Notes: generated by a model not told the origin, from the sequence alone. A stretch of DNA of 53,869 bases from Bacillota bacterium (GCA_030705805.1 JAUZPY010000002.1:1-53869); one strand, 5' to 3'. Numbered from the stretch's first letter, positions 1-8,409 are shown. Made by a program: numbers and translations.

Positions 1-1
1 G

Positions 2-385
2 AAGCTGCCCACTATGCCACAGTTTCGTACAATAAGAAGAATTATCGGCGATTTTGATTTTAAAGCAATAAACGGAGAAAAGTATGAGGATACTATAGGA
101 AGCTGCGGAGATTTCAGACCGGAAGGAATAGGGAATATTTACAATGTACCTTTTTCCTCTCTGTATAATAGTAATTTTGATAATCTTATTGCTGCGGGAA
201 GGATAATTTCCTCACCTCAAGGTGATGGCTGGGAGGTTGCTAGGGTAATACCTACCTGCGCACTGACAGGTCAGGCGGCAGGGGTAGCTGCGGCAATGAA
301 TGCTAAAAGCGGCAGCAAAATGAAGGATACCGACATATTGACCTTGCAGAAAAAACTGAAGGACTCCGGAGTGGTTTTCAAGTAG
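2..385 (+). CDS. C-terminal fragment of an FAD-dependent oxidoreductase-like protein (5' end outside window)
   Basis: The frame of ORF 14..385 stays open to the window edge and stops at TAG 383-385. The C-terminal segment VIPTCALTGQAAGVAAA resembles the FAD-binding return segment of FAD_oxidored-type flavoproteins. Recognised by eye only. Confidence 0.5.
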   Translation, partial: KLPTMPQFRTIRRIIGDFDFKAINGEKYEDTIGSCGDFRPEGIGNIYNVPFSSLYNSNFDNLIAAGRIISSPQGDGWEVARVIPTCALTGQAAGVAAAMNAKSGSKMKDTDILTLQKKLKDSGVVFK

Positions 386-549
386 TATAATAGACCTGTC
401 CCGAGCCCTGATACGGCGGTAAAATTGGTTTTTTCTCCGCCTTGCGTCACCTCCGGGCTTCGAACCTATTATTGGCGGAACCTGTATGCAAAGCAGGACG
501 AAAAAATGCTCGATCCCCCGCATTCCCAAGGTTTGCGGACAGGTCTAAT
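386..549. repeat. Structured non-coding element, copy 1, with terminal inverted repeats TAGACCTGTCC / GGACAGGTCTA
   Basis: The termini and three internal blocks recur at 53051-53395. Internal helices can be drawn. The only ORF here is the spurious antisense 212..529. Confidence 0.6.
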
Positions 550-607
550 TAAAGAAATGGGGGCACTTCCTGCCCCCGTAAATTTCTGCTTGTGACTCTT
601 TTTTCTA

Positions 608-636
608 TTGACACAAAAGTTTTGATATGTTATAAT
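608..636 (+). promoter_or_regulatory. Consensus sigma-A promoter for tRNA-Trp
   Basis: TTGACA at 608-613, a 17-nt spacer, TATAAT at 631-636, about 17 nt before the tRNA 5' end. Confidence 0.75.
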
Positions 637-652
637 CTATAAGTCAGGATTT

Positions 653-728
653 AGGGGTATAGCTCAGTTGGTAGAGCAGTGGTCTCCAAAACCACGTGCC
701 GTGAGTTCAAATCTTACTGCCCCTGCCA
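653..728 (+). tRNA. trnW: tRNA-Trp (anticodon CCA)
   Basis: 76-nt cloverleaf folded by hand. Acceptor AGGGGTA/TGCCCCT, anticodon stem GTGGT/ACCAC with loop CTCCAAA, T-loop TTCAAAT, encoded CCA end. Confidence 0.93.
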
Positions 729-736
729 GAAAAAAA

Positions 737-762
737 CGCCTTGCTATGCAAGGCGTTTTTTT
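737..762 (+). terminator. Rho-independent terminator after tRNA-Trp
   Basis: Stem CGCCTTGC / GCAAGGCG followed by a T7 run. Confidence 0.8.
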
Positions 763-785
763 CTGGCTAAATTCGTCCTGGACGG

Positions 786-908
786 GTGAAATCCACTATG
801 TGGATGAAAAAAGCTGCCGCAGTGAAATCCGCTGTGGTGGGTGAGCCGGATTCGATTTCACCATGGGTTCAGCCGAATGATTTCACCGTGCCAAAGGCAC
901 GATTTCAT
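786..908. repeat. Cluster of five GTGAAATC / GATTTCAC motifs
   Basis: GTGAAATCC at 786-794 and 822-830. The inverted form GATTTCAC is at 854-861 and 879-886, and GATTTCAT at 901-908. No credible ORF. Confidence 0.5.
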
Positions 909-961
909 AGTGCTGATAGGGATGTGCCTGTTTTTGCACAGTCAGACTTATAAAACAACTG

Positions 962-1028
962 ACATCTATTTTGTCAGCCTCACACAAAGTAAAAGATACA
1001 TTTTCGACTCGAAAATGTATCTTTTTTT
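962..1028 (+). repeat. Left copy of a ~70-bp imperfect direct repeat ending in a terminator hairpin
   Basis: ACATCTATTTTGTCAGCCTCAC ... stem GATACATTTT / AAAATGTATC plus a T7 run. It aligns with 2072-2142. Confidence 0.55.
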
Positions 1029-1039
1029 GTATATATATG

Positions 1040-1068
1040 TTGACTGTCATATGAAATATTGTTAATAT
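1040..1068 (+). promoter_or_regulatory. Candidate promoter for the membrane ORF
   Basis: TTGACT at 1040-1045, a 17-nt spacer, TAATAT at 1063-1068. Confidence 0.45.
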
Positions 1069-1277
1069 ATAATCAAACAACAGTGTTATAGGAACACTTA
1101 ACTACAACTTTCTATGTCGGTATAGATATAATGTGTTATTATAAAAATACCATGATGAAAGATTTTTAAAGAGTATTGTAGTATTGTAGAAAATCTGAAA
1201 TTACAAACTGAGCAAATCATGTTAATCATTTTAACAACTTTATCGCAGAGTTAATTTGTTGATAGGAGGATATGTAA

Positions 1278-2018
1278 ATGCATGAAGAAAAAGATAGTGA
1301 GATTAGTTTATATAGCCTTATAAAAGCAAATTTAAGTTTATTGGCTACGTTATTATTTGTAATTGCAAATATTATATTGTTTTGTGTTCAACTAGGGTAC
1401 TTGATTTATTTCCAAATTCCTTATGATTTTGTTAATATTGAAATCAGTTATTTGATTGTTGTTTTTGTAATAGTTCTAATAATTAGTTTATTAATAAAAA
1501 TTACATACGACGTGTGTGTAAAAAATTATAAAAGGAGAAAGAAAAAGTATTTATACGCTCTTATGCCTATTGCTTATTTTATAATTATCCTTGTAACGGG
1601 AAGTAGCCAAACTAACATATTTAATATTGATAAAACAGATTATTTTTCTGTATTTTTTATATTGCCGCTTATTGTTTGTATAGGAATAGCAGTATCTGTT
1701 TTTAGCTATCGTTATCTAAGGGTTCGTAAGCTTATGGGGAAAGCTTTTCCGTTAGTGTATATATTGATTGCGTTATCTATAATGTTAATTATGGGGTTTT
1801 GTGGCTTTGGAGTTGCAAAATGCAAGGTTAGATATCCTATTATAAATAACACATACTTATATATAGCTAATTTTAAAGATCAATATATTGTAACCGAATT
1901 TAAATATGACGAAAATGAAAAAAATGTGGCCATAATAAAAAAAGGGGAATTTAAATTTATCCCAATGGATCAAACAGATTTTAAAATGCATAATTTTAAA
2001 AAGGTATACAGGAAGTGA
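1278..2018 (+). CDS. Hypothetical multi-pass membrane protein with a small C-terminal soluble domain
   Basis: RBS AGGAGG lies 8 nt upstream of the ATG. About five hydrophobic segments. Very AT-rich. No family recognised. Confidence 0.5.
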   Translation: MHEEKDSEISLYSLIKANLSLLATLLFVIANIILFCVQLGYLIYFQIPYDFVNIEISYLIVVFVIVLIISLLIKITYDVCVKNYKRRKKKYLYALMPIAYFIIILVTGSSQTNIFNIDKTDYFSVFFILPLIVCIGIAVSVFSYRYLRVRKLMGKAFPLVYILIALSIMLIMGFCGFGVAKCKVRYPIINNTYLYIANFKDQYIVTEFKYDENEKNVAIIKKGEFKFIPMDQTDFKMHNFKKVYRK

Positions 2019-2071
2019 AAGGATATTGGGGAGGTATTAAGAGACGGACTGTTTTGTAACGTTGAAAAGCT

Positions 2072-2142
2072 ACATCTATTTCGTTCTCCTCACCTGAAAA
2101 AAGCTGCATTTTCTTGCCCGAAAGTGAAGCTTTTTATTTTTT
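2072..2142 (+). repeat. Right copy of the ~70-bp direct repeat, also the terminator of ORF 1278..2018
   Basis: ACATCTATTTCGTTCTCCTCAC ... stem AGCTGCATTTTC / GAAAGTGAAGCT followed by TTTTTATTTTTT. Confidence 0.55.
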
Positions 2143-2197
2143 GTAGGTTTAACGATGAAGTGTTACACATTAAATTGAAAATATAATACTACAATTA

Positions 2198-2226
2198 TTG
2201 ACACGGCAGAAATTTTATAGTATAAT
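2198..2226 (+). promoter_or_regulatory. Consensus sigma-A promoter of the pyr operon
   Basis: TTGACA at 2198-2203, a 17-nt spacer, TATAAT at 2221-2226. Confidence 0.75.
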
Positions 2227-2232
2227 AATAAA

Positions 2233-2348
2233 AATCTTTAAGAGTGGTACAGAGATGCCAACAAGGTTCAAGAAATAAAGCCTTTATGCTTTTGTGACAT
2301 AGTGTGTTTACGCTTTATAAGCCTTTGTTGGATGCAAAGGCTTTTTTT
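2233..2348 (+). promoter_or_regulatory. pyr leader with a PyrR-box-like hairpin and an intrinsic terminator (attenuator)
   Basis: CUUUAAGAGUGGUACAGAGAUGCCAACAAGG contains the CAGAGA loop on a UGGUA/UGCCA stem. The terminator AAGCCTTTG / CAAAGGCTT plus T7 sits at 2319-2348, just before the pyrC RBS. Confidence 0.5.
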
Positions 2349-2375
2349 GTACAGATAAAAAATCAGGAGGTAAAA

Positions 2376-3638
2376 ATGTCTATCGTTTTAAAGAATGCCA
2401 GCGTATATATAGAGGGCAGTTTTAAAAGTGTAGATTTGGCCGTTATAGATGGGCATATTTCTTTTATATCGAAAGAAACCGATATAAAGGATGCCCTTTC
2501 TTTTGATTTAAAAAATTGTGTTATTTTCCCCGGTCTTGTTGATGTTCATGTTCATCTTCGAGAGCCGGGCTTTTTATATAAAGAAACCATTAAAACGGGT
2601 ACCTTAGCGGCGGCATCGGGTGGATATACCGCAATTTGCTCCATGCCTAATTTAAACCCAGTTCCGGACAGCAAAGAAAACATAAAAGCGCAGCTGGACG
2701 CTATAAAAAAGGATGCGCTGATAAATGTTTACCCTTATTCTGCGATCACCAAAGGCGAACAGGGAAAAGAAATTGTAGACATAGATGAATTAAAAGATTA
2801 TGCAATAGCCTTCTCTGATGACGGCAGGGGCGTGCAGTCCGATGAAATTATGAAAAAAGCAATGATTAAAGCCGGCATCTGCGGGAAAATAATAGCTGCC
2901 CACTGCGAGGACAACAGCCTGCTAAACGGAGGATATATCCATGACGGTGAATATGCAAGAGTAAACAACCATAAGGGTATAAGCTCTGAAAGTGAATACA
3001 TGCAAATTGCCAGAGACTTGAAGCTGGCCGGGGAAACAAAATGCTTATATCATGTCTGCCACATATCCACTAAGGAAAGCGTGGATTTAATAAGGCAAGC
3101 TAAAGCAAAAGGCCTTAATGTTACTTGTGAAACAGCGCCTCATTATCTGACCTTAACAGACATGGACTTAAAGGAAGACGGAAGGTTCAAAATGAATCCG
3201 CCGTTAAGGTCTGAAGAAGACCACGCCGCTTTAATCAAGGGAATCCAGGACGGAACAATAGACATGATAGCAACAGATCACGCACCCCATTCCAAGGAAG
3301 AAAAAAGTAAGGGGTTAAAAGACAGTTTAATGGGAGTGACGGGTCTGGAAACTGCCTTTCCCATCTTGTATACACGCCTTGTAAAAAACAAAATTATATC
3401 ATTGGAAAAGCTGATTTCCCTGATGCACGACAATCCCGGAAAGCGGTTTGGCATAGCTAATCCTATAAGGGAAGGCGATATAGCCAATTTAACGGTGTTT
3501 GATTTGGAATCTGAATATAAAATAAATCCGTCAGAGTTTAATTCAAAAGGAAAAAGCACTCCTTTTGAAGGAGATGAAGTTTACGGAAAATGCCTGATGA
3601 CAATATGTAATGGAAATATAGTATGGAAGAATTTATAA
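2376..3638 (+). CDS. pyrC: Dihydroorotase
   Basis: AGGAGG at 2363-2368, then ATG 2376 (MSIVLKNA). Metal ligands DVHVHLREPG and a DHAPH motif. The ORF-track start at 2304 lies inside the leader terminator. Confidence 0.9.
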   Translation: MSIVLKNASVYIEGSFKSVDLAVIDGHISFISKETDIKDALSFDLKNCVIFPGLVDVHVHLREPGFLYKETIKTGTLAAASGGYTAICSMPNLNPVPDSKENIKAQLDAIKKDALINVYPYSAITKGEQGKEIVDIDELKDYAIAFSDDGRGVQSDEIMKKAMIKAGICGKIIAAHCEDNSLLNGGYIHDGEYARVNNHKGISSESEYMQIARDLKLAGETKCLYHVCHISTKESVDLIRQAKAKGLNVTCETAPHYLTLTDMDLKEDGRFKMNPPLRSEEDHAALIKGIQDGTIDMIATDHAPHSKEEKSKGLKDSLMGVTGLETAFPILYTRLVKNKIISLEKLISLMHDNPGKRFGIANPIREGDIANLTVFDLESEYKINPSEFNSKGKSTPFEGDEVYGKCLMTICNGNIVWKNL

Positions 3639-3674
3639 TATGCCTTCACAAAGCAATCAGGGAGGAGTGATAAA

Positions 3675-4406
3675 GTGAAGCAGAGTATTTTTACAGTAGA
3701 AAACAATGAATGTTTAGCAAAAAACACCTATGAACTTATTTTAAGCGGAGATACTTCCGACATAACAAAACCCGGACAGTTTGTAAACATTAAATTGGAC
3801 GGATGTTTTTTAAGGAGACCTATTTCGGTATGTGATTATGACGACAAAACCTTGACTTTGATATATAAGGTTGTGGGAAGAGGTACGGAATTTATGTCAA
3901 AGCTTACAAAGTGCGATAAGCTTGACATTCTTACAGGTCTTGGAAACGGCTACGACCTTAGCAAAAGCGGCGATACCCCTCTTTTAATCGGGGGCGGAGC
4001 GGGAATTCCTCCCATGTATAAATTGGCAAAGGAACTTATTAAAGAAGGTAAAAATGCAGCGGTAATTCTTGGCTTTAATGAAGAGCAGGAGCTTTTTTAT
4101 GAGGATAAATTTAAAGAGCTTGGCACTAAAGTTTATATTACAACAGCTGACGGCAGCAAAGGAATTAAAGGCTTTGTTACCGAGGCTATGAAAAACATAT
4201 CATATTCGTACTTTTATGTCTGCGGTCCCGAGCCGATGCTAAGAGCAGTATATAAGGAATCAATTGCAGAAGGTCAGTTCAGCTTTGAAGAAAGAATGGG
4301 CTGCGGCTTCGGTGCATGTATGGGGTGCAGCTGCAAAACAAAGTATGGAAACAAGCGAATTTGCAAGGATGGCCCGGTTCTTTTTAAGGAGGAAATTATA
4401 TGGTAG
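3675..4406 (+). CDS. pyrK: Dihydroorotate dehydrogenase B electron-transfer subunit
   Basis: GTG start after GGGAGGAG. Ferredoxin-reductase-like sequence with a C-terminal 2Fe-2S cysteine cluster, CGFGACMGCSC...C. Position is immediately before pyrD. Confidence 0.88.
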   Translation: MKQSIFTVENNECLAKNTYELILSGDTSDITKPGQFVNIKLDGCFLRRPISVCDYDDKTLTLIYKVVGRGTEFMSKLTKCDKLDILTGLGNGYDLSKSGDTPLLIGGGAGIPPMYKLAKELIKEGKNAAVILGFNEEQELFYEDKFKELGTKVYITTADGSKGIKGFVTEAMKNISYSYFYVCGPEPMLRAVYKESIAEGQFSFEERMGCGFGACMGCSCKTKYGNKRICKDGPVLFKEEIIW

Positions 4407-5311
4407 ATACCAAAATCACCTTAAGCGGATTGGCTTTAGATAACCCGATAATTCCCGCCAGCGGCACTTTTGGATATGGCTATGAATATGCAGAACTTTA
4501 CGATATAAATATGCTGGGGTCCTTTTCCTTTAAGGGCACAACAAAAGAGCCCAGATTCGGAAACCCTACGCCCAGAATAGCGGAATGCAGCGAAGGCATG
4601 ATTAATTCTGTGGGACTTCAAAATCCGGGCATTGAAAAGGTAATAGAGGAAGAACTCCCTAAACTAAAAAAATGCTTTAGTAAGAAAGTAATAGCAAATA
4701 TAAGCGGCTTTAGCATAGAGGAATATGTTCACTGCTGTGAGAAAATCGATGGGGAAAAACAAGTTGGTTTAATTGAAGTAAACATAAGCTGCCCTAATGT
4801 GCATAACGGAGGAATGGCCTTTGGTACGTCTCCGGAATCTGCCTTTGAAGTTACAAAAGCAATAAAAGAAATAACAAAAAAGCCTGTATATATGAAGCTG
4901 TCGCCGAATGTAACGGATATTGTTTCTATCGCAAAAGCTTGTGAAGAGGCCGGAGCGGACGGATTAAGTCTGATTAATACACTTCTTGGAATGAGAATAG
5001 ACTTGAAAACAAAAAAGCCAGTAATAGCAAATAAAATGGGAGGCTTTTCGGGAAGAGCAATTTTTCCGGTAGCACTTCGAATGGTTTACCAAGTATATGA
5101 GGCAGTAAGCATTCCAATTATCGGCATGGGCGGAATATCTAAAGCGGAAGATGTAATTGAAATGATGCTTGCAGGGGCAAGGGCCGTCCAAATAGGGGCG
5201 GAAAACCTTGTAAATCCTTATATATGTAAACAAATAATAGAAGACCTGCCCAAAACAATGGAAAAATATAAAATTGAAAGCTTGGAAAATATAGTTGGAG
5301 GTGCTCATTAG
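4400..5311 (+). CDS. pyrD: Dihydroorotate dehydrogenase B catalytic subunit (class 1B)
   Basis: 7-nt overlap with pyrK. Typical motifs GTFGYG, NISCPN and GGI near the C-terminus. Confidence 0.92.
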   Translation: MVDTKITLSGLALDNPIIPASGTFGYGYEYAELYDINMLGSFSFKGTTKEPRFGNPTPRIAECSEGMINSVGLQNPGIEKVIEEELPKLKKCFSKKVIANISGFSIEEYVHCCEKIDGEKQVGLIEVNISCPNVHNGGMAFGTSPESAFEVTKAIKEITKKPVYMKLSPNVTDIVSIAKACEEAGADGLSLINTLLGMRIDLKTKKPVIANKMGGFSGRAIFPVALRMVYQVYEAVSIPIIGMGGISKAEDVIEMMLAGARAVQIGAENLVNPYICKQIIEDLPKTMEKYKIESLENIVGGAH

Positions 5312-6009
5312 TGGGAAAAGACGTAATTATTGCGTGTGATTTTAACAGTAAAAATGAGGTTTTGAATTTTTTAGATAAATTCACAGAAGAAAAGCCTTTC
5401 GTTAAAATCGGAATGGAGCTGTTTTACAGCGAAGGACCGGACATCGTAAAAGAAATCAAAAAAAGAGGACATAAAATATTTCTGGATTTAAAACTGTGCG
5501 ACATTCCAAATACAGTAAAAAAGTCAATGAAAGTGTTAACGGAACTAAACGTTGACATGCTTAATTTGCACGCTTTTGGAACTATAGCTATGATGGAGGC
5601 GGCGATTGAAGGAATAACCCACGAGGATGGAACAAGACCGATTTTAATTGCGGTAACTTTACTTACTTCAACCAGCGAAGAAAGAATGAAAAGAGACCTT
5701 TTAATAAATGAGATGCTGCCGGATGTAGTGCTCCACTATGCAAATAATGCAAAAATTGCAGGACTGGACGGAGTAGTATGCTCCCCCCTTGAAGCGGGAC
5801 TTGTTAAAGAACGCTGCGGAAAGGATTTTATAACTGTAACACCCGGGGTTCGCTTTGCAGATGGGAAGCTTGGAGACCAGGTAAGAGTTACAACGCCCCA
5901 AAGGGCAAAAGAGTTAGGGTCTGATTATATAGTAGTGGGAAGACCCATTACGGAAAGCGAAGATCCGGTAGAAGCATATAGAAGATGCGTAAGAGAATTT
6001 ATTGGATAG
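5311..6009 (+). CDS. pyrF: Orotidine 5'-phosphate decarboxylase
   Basis: DLKLCDIPNT matches the DxKxxDIxxT signature. The GTG start overlaps the pyrD stop by 1 nt. Confidence 0.9.
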   Translation: MGKDVIIACDFNSKNEVLNFLDKFTEEKPFVKIGMELFYSEGPDIVKEIKKRGHKIFLDLKLCDIPNTVKKSMKVLTELNVDMLNLHAFGTIAMMEAAIEGITHEDGTRPILIAVTLLTSTSEERMKRDLLINEMLPDVVLHYANNAKIAGLDGVVCSPLEAGLVKERCGKDFITVTPGVRFADGKLGDQVRVTTPQRAKELGSDYIVVGRPITESEDPVEAYRRCVREFIG

Positions 6010-6020
6010 GAGTGTATTAG

Positions 6021-6653
6021 ATGGAAAAGTTAATTGCAGAAGATTTGCTGAAAATAGGAGCGGTATTTTTCAGACCGGGGGAACCATTTACATGGGCAAG
6101 TGGAATAAAAAGCCCGGTATATTGCGATAACCGGCTTACTCTTACAGCTCCAAAAGTAAGAACTGATGTTGAAAAAGGGTTGGCTAAGACAATCAAGGAC
6201 AATTATCCTGAGGTGGAAGTTTTGATGGGAACTTCAACTGCAGGAATTGCTCATGCGGCAATAACGGCGCACCTTTTAGATTTGCCTATGGGTTATGTAA
6301 GAAGCGGTGCTAAAGACCACGGCAGAGGAAATCAAATAGAAGGCAAATTGCTGCCCGGGCAAAAGGTTGTTGTGGTTGAGGACTTAATCTCTACCGGAGG
6401 AAGTGTAATCGAGGTAGTAGATGTGTTAAGGGAAGCAGGGGCAAAGGTACTTGGAATAGTAAGTATATTTACCTACGGCATGAAAAAAGGCATTGATAGA
6501 TTAGCTGAAGCCGGAGTGAAAAACATCAGCCTGACGAATTTTGATGTAATTGCAGAGGTAGCAGCTAATATAGGTTACATAAAACAGGAGGACATAAAGA
6601 AACTAATTGCTTTCAGAAACAATCCAAGCGATGAGAGCTGGATAGGAGCGTAA
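6021..6653 (+). CDS. pyrE: Orotate phosphoribosyltransferase
   Basis: PRPP-binding loop [13 protein letters not shown], plus operon context. Confidence 0.9.
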   Translation: MEKLIAEDLLKIGAVFFRPGEPFTWASGIKSPVYCDNRLTLTAPKVRTDVEKGLAKTIKDNYPEVEVLMGTSTAGIAHAAITAHLLDLPMGYVRSGAKDHGRGNQIEGKLLPGQKVVVVEDLISTGGSVIEVVDVLREAGAKVLGIVSIFTYGMKKGIDRLAEAGVKNISLTNFDVIAEVAANIGYIKQEDIKKLIAFRNNPSDESWIGA

Positions 6654-6654
6654 A

Positions 6655-7569
6655 ATGAGAAGCTTAATTAATATTCTTGACTTATCAACAGGGGAAATTG
6701 AAGAATTAATACAGGTGGCCAACGATATAATAAAAAACCCAAAAGCCTATAGCGATAAGTGCAGGGGTAAAAAGCTGGCCACGCTGTTTTTTGAGCCTTC
6801 TACCAGAACAAGGTTAAGCTTTGAAGCAGCAATGTATGAACTGGGAGGTAATGTGCTGGGCTTTTCGGAAGCGATGTCAAGTTCTGCAGCCAAAGGCGAA
6901 AGCGTGGCAGATACAATAAAAACAGTAAGCTGCTATGCAGACATTATAGCAATGCGTCATCCAAAGGAAGGCGCTCCGCTTGTTGCTTCTATGAACACAG
7001 AAATACCAATCATTAATGCCGGTGACGGCGGACACAATCATCCTACTCAGACTTTGGCGGATCTTTTAACAATTTACAGGGAAAAGGGCAGCCTTAATAA
7101 CTTTACCATAGGTTTTTGCGGAGACTTAAAATTCGGGCGTACCGTTCATTCCCTTATTGCGGCATTATCACGTTATGAGGGAATCAAGGTCGTACTGGTA
7201 TCTCCTAAGGAATTAAGGATTCCCAATTATGTAAAAACAGAACTGTTAGAAAAAAATAAAATTGAATTTACAGAGACAACTGAATTAGAGGAAGTAATTT
7301 CAGAACTTGACATTTTATATATGACGAGAGTTCAGAGAGAACGGTTTTTCAGCGAGGAAGAATATTTAAGACTAAAAGACTCCTATATATTAAATGAAGA
7401 AAAACTGATAAATGCAAAAAAAGACTTGGCAGTAATGCATCCATTGCCCAGAGTAAACGAGATATCAGTTTCCGTTGACAATGATGACAGAGCGTGCTAT
7501 TTTAAGCAGGTGCTTAACGGTAAGTATATAAGAATGGCGCTTATGCTTAAACTTTTGGAGGTAGAATAA
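6655..7569 (+). CDS. pyrB: Aspartate carbamoyltransferase catalytic chain
   Basis: Motifs [18 protein letters not shown] and HPLPR. Confidence 0.93.
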   Translation: MRSLINILDLSTGEIEELIQVANDIIKNPKAYSDKCRGKKLATLFFEPSTRTRLSFEAAMYELGGNVLGFSEAMSSSAAKGESVADTIKTVSCYADIIAMRHPKEGAPLVASMNTEIPIINAGDGGHNHPTQTLADLLTIYREKGSLNNFTIGFCGDLKFGRTVHSLIAALSRYEGIKVVLVSPKELRIPNYVKTELLEKNKIEFTETTELEEVISELDILYMTRVQRERFFSEEEYLRLKDSYILNEEKLINAKKDLAVMHPLPRVNEISVSVDNDDRACYFKQVLNGKYIRMALMLKLLEVE

Positions 7570-7991
7570 TGATGAATATTGATCCTATCAAAAACGGAAT
7601 TGTAATTGATCACATTAAAGCCGGAAAAAGTATGGAGCTTTATCATTATTTAAATCTGGAAAATCTGGACTGTTCCATAGCAATTATAAAAAATGCACCC
7701 AGCAAAAAGCTGGGCAAAAAGGACATTATTAAAATAGATGCCGCAATCAATATAGACCTTGACGTACTGGGTTATATAGATCCGGATATTACAATTGATA
7801 CTATTAAAGATGGTGTATTGGTGGATAAAAGGCACTTAGAGCTCCCTGAAATTTTGACAGGGGTAATAAAATGCAAAAATCCAAGATGTATAACATCGAC
7901 AGAACAGGAGCTTGCTCACACCTTTAAGCTGACCGACAGAGAAAATCGCGTATATAGATGTATTTATTGCGAAGCTGAATCCAACGAATAA
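7569..7991 (+). CDS. pyrI: Aspartate carbamoyltransferase regulatory chain
   Basis: Its ATG overlaps the pyrB stop. C-terminal zinc cluster CKNPRC ... CIYC. Confidence 0.88.
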   Translation: MMNIDPIKNGIVIDHIKAGKSMELYHYLNLENLDCSIAIIKNAPSKKLGKKDIIKIDAAINIDLDVLGYIDPDITIDTIKDGVLVDKRHLELPEILTGVIKCKNPRCITSTEQELAHTFKLTDRENRVYRCIYCEAESNE

Positions 7992-8004
7992 AAAATATTG
8001 AGGG

Positions 8005-8050
8005 CAGTCCTTAAAAGAGCTATCGGTTACTTTTTAAGGACTGTTTATTT
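8005..8050 (+). terminator. Rho-independent terminator of the pyr operon
   Basis: Stem CAGTCCTTAAAAG / CTTTTTAAGGACTG followed by TTTATTT. Confidence 0.75.
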
Positions 8051-8210
8051 ATTAGCCAGTCCGTGGCATTATAATAAAATTTTGCTATTATAGAAAATAT
8101 GAAAGTCGCCTTTATTATACCACATGACGTTACAAGTAGAACTTGGCAACCAAATTAAGAAAAATGTAAATGTTAAGCCGTAAATTGCACCAAATAATGC
8201 TTTAAAAATA

Positions 8211-8238
8211 TTGACTATATTGTATTTTATGATATAAT
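8211..8238 (+). promoter_or_regulatory. Extended -10 promoter in front of the glycan locus
   Basis: TTGACT at 8211-8216, a 16-nt spacer, TGATATAAT ending at 8238. This leaves a ~165-nt untranslated leader before ATG 8410. Confidence 0.55.
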
Positions 8239-8409
8239 GAATTAGATATATTATTGGCTGTTATATTCTGGAATAAGTAATATTTTGCAATATTTTATAT
8301 AATTAAATTCAGAGCTTAAGGCTTAAATTTTATAGGCATAAGTTTAACTGACTGGGTGCTGTAAAAAAGTTATCTTATGATCTTAAGCGATTGAAAGAAG
8401 GAAATAAGG

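Noticed and set aside
212-529. 105-aa minus-strand ORF
   Set aside because: It is antisense to the flavoprotein gene and runs through the non-coding repeat element. No RBS, and an arginine-rich composition that looks like noise.
841-1080. Overlapping 74-aa (+) and 65-aa (-) ORFs
   Set aside because: They lie in the GTGAAATC motif array and the terminator region. No RBS, GTG or weak starts. The amino-acid periodicity simply mirrors the DNA repeats.
2304-2375. N-terminal 24-codon extension of pyrC in the ORF track (MFTLYKPLLDAKAFFVQIKNQEVK)
   Set aside because: It reads through the leader terminator hairpin and T-run. A consensus AGGAGG followed by ATG 2376 gives the canonical dihydroorotase N-terminus.
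8099-8158. 19-codon ORF MKVAFIIPHDVTSRTWQPN, whose start resembles a glycosyltransferase N-terminus
   Set aside because: No RBS and an immediate stop. At best a relic of a lost gene. Too short to support any call.
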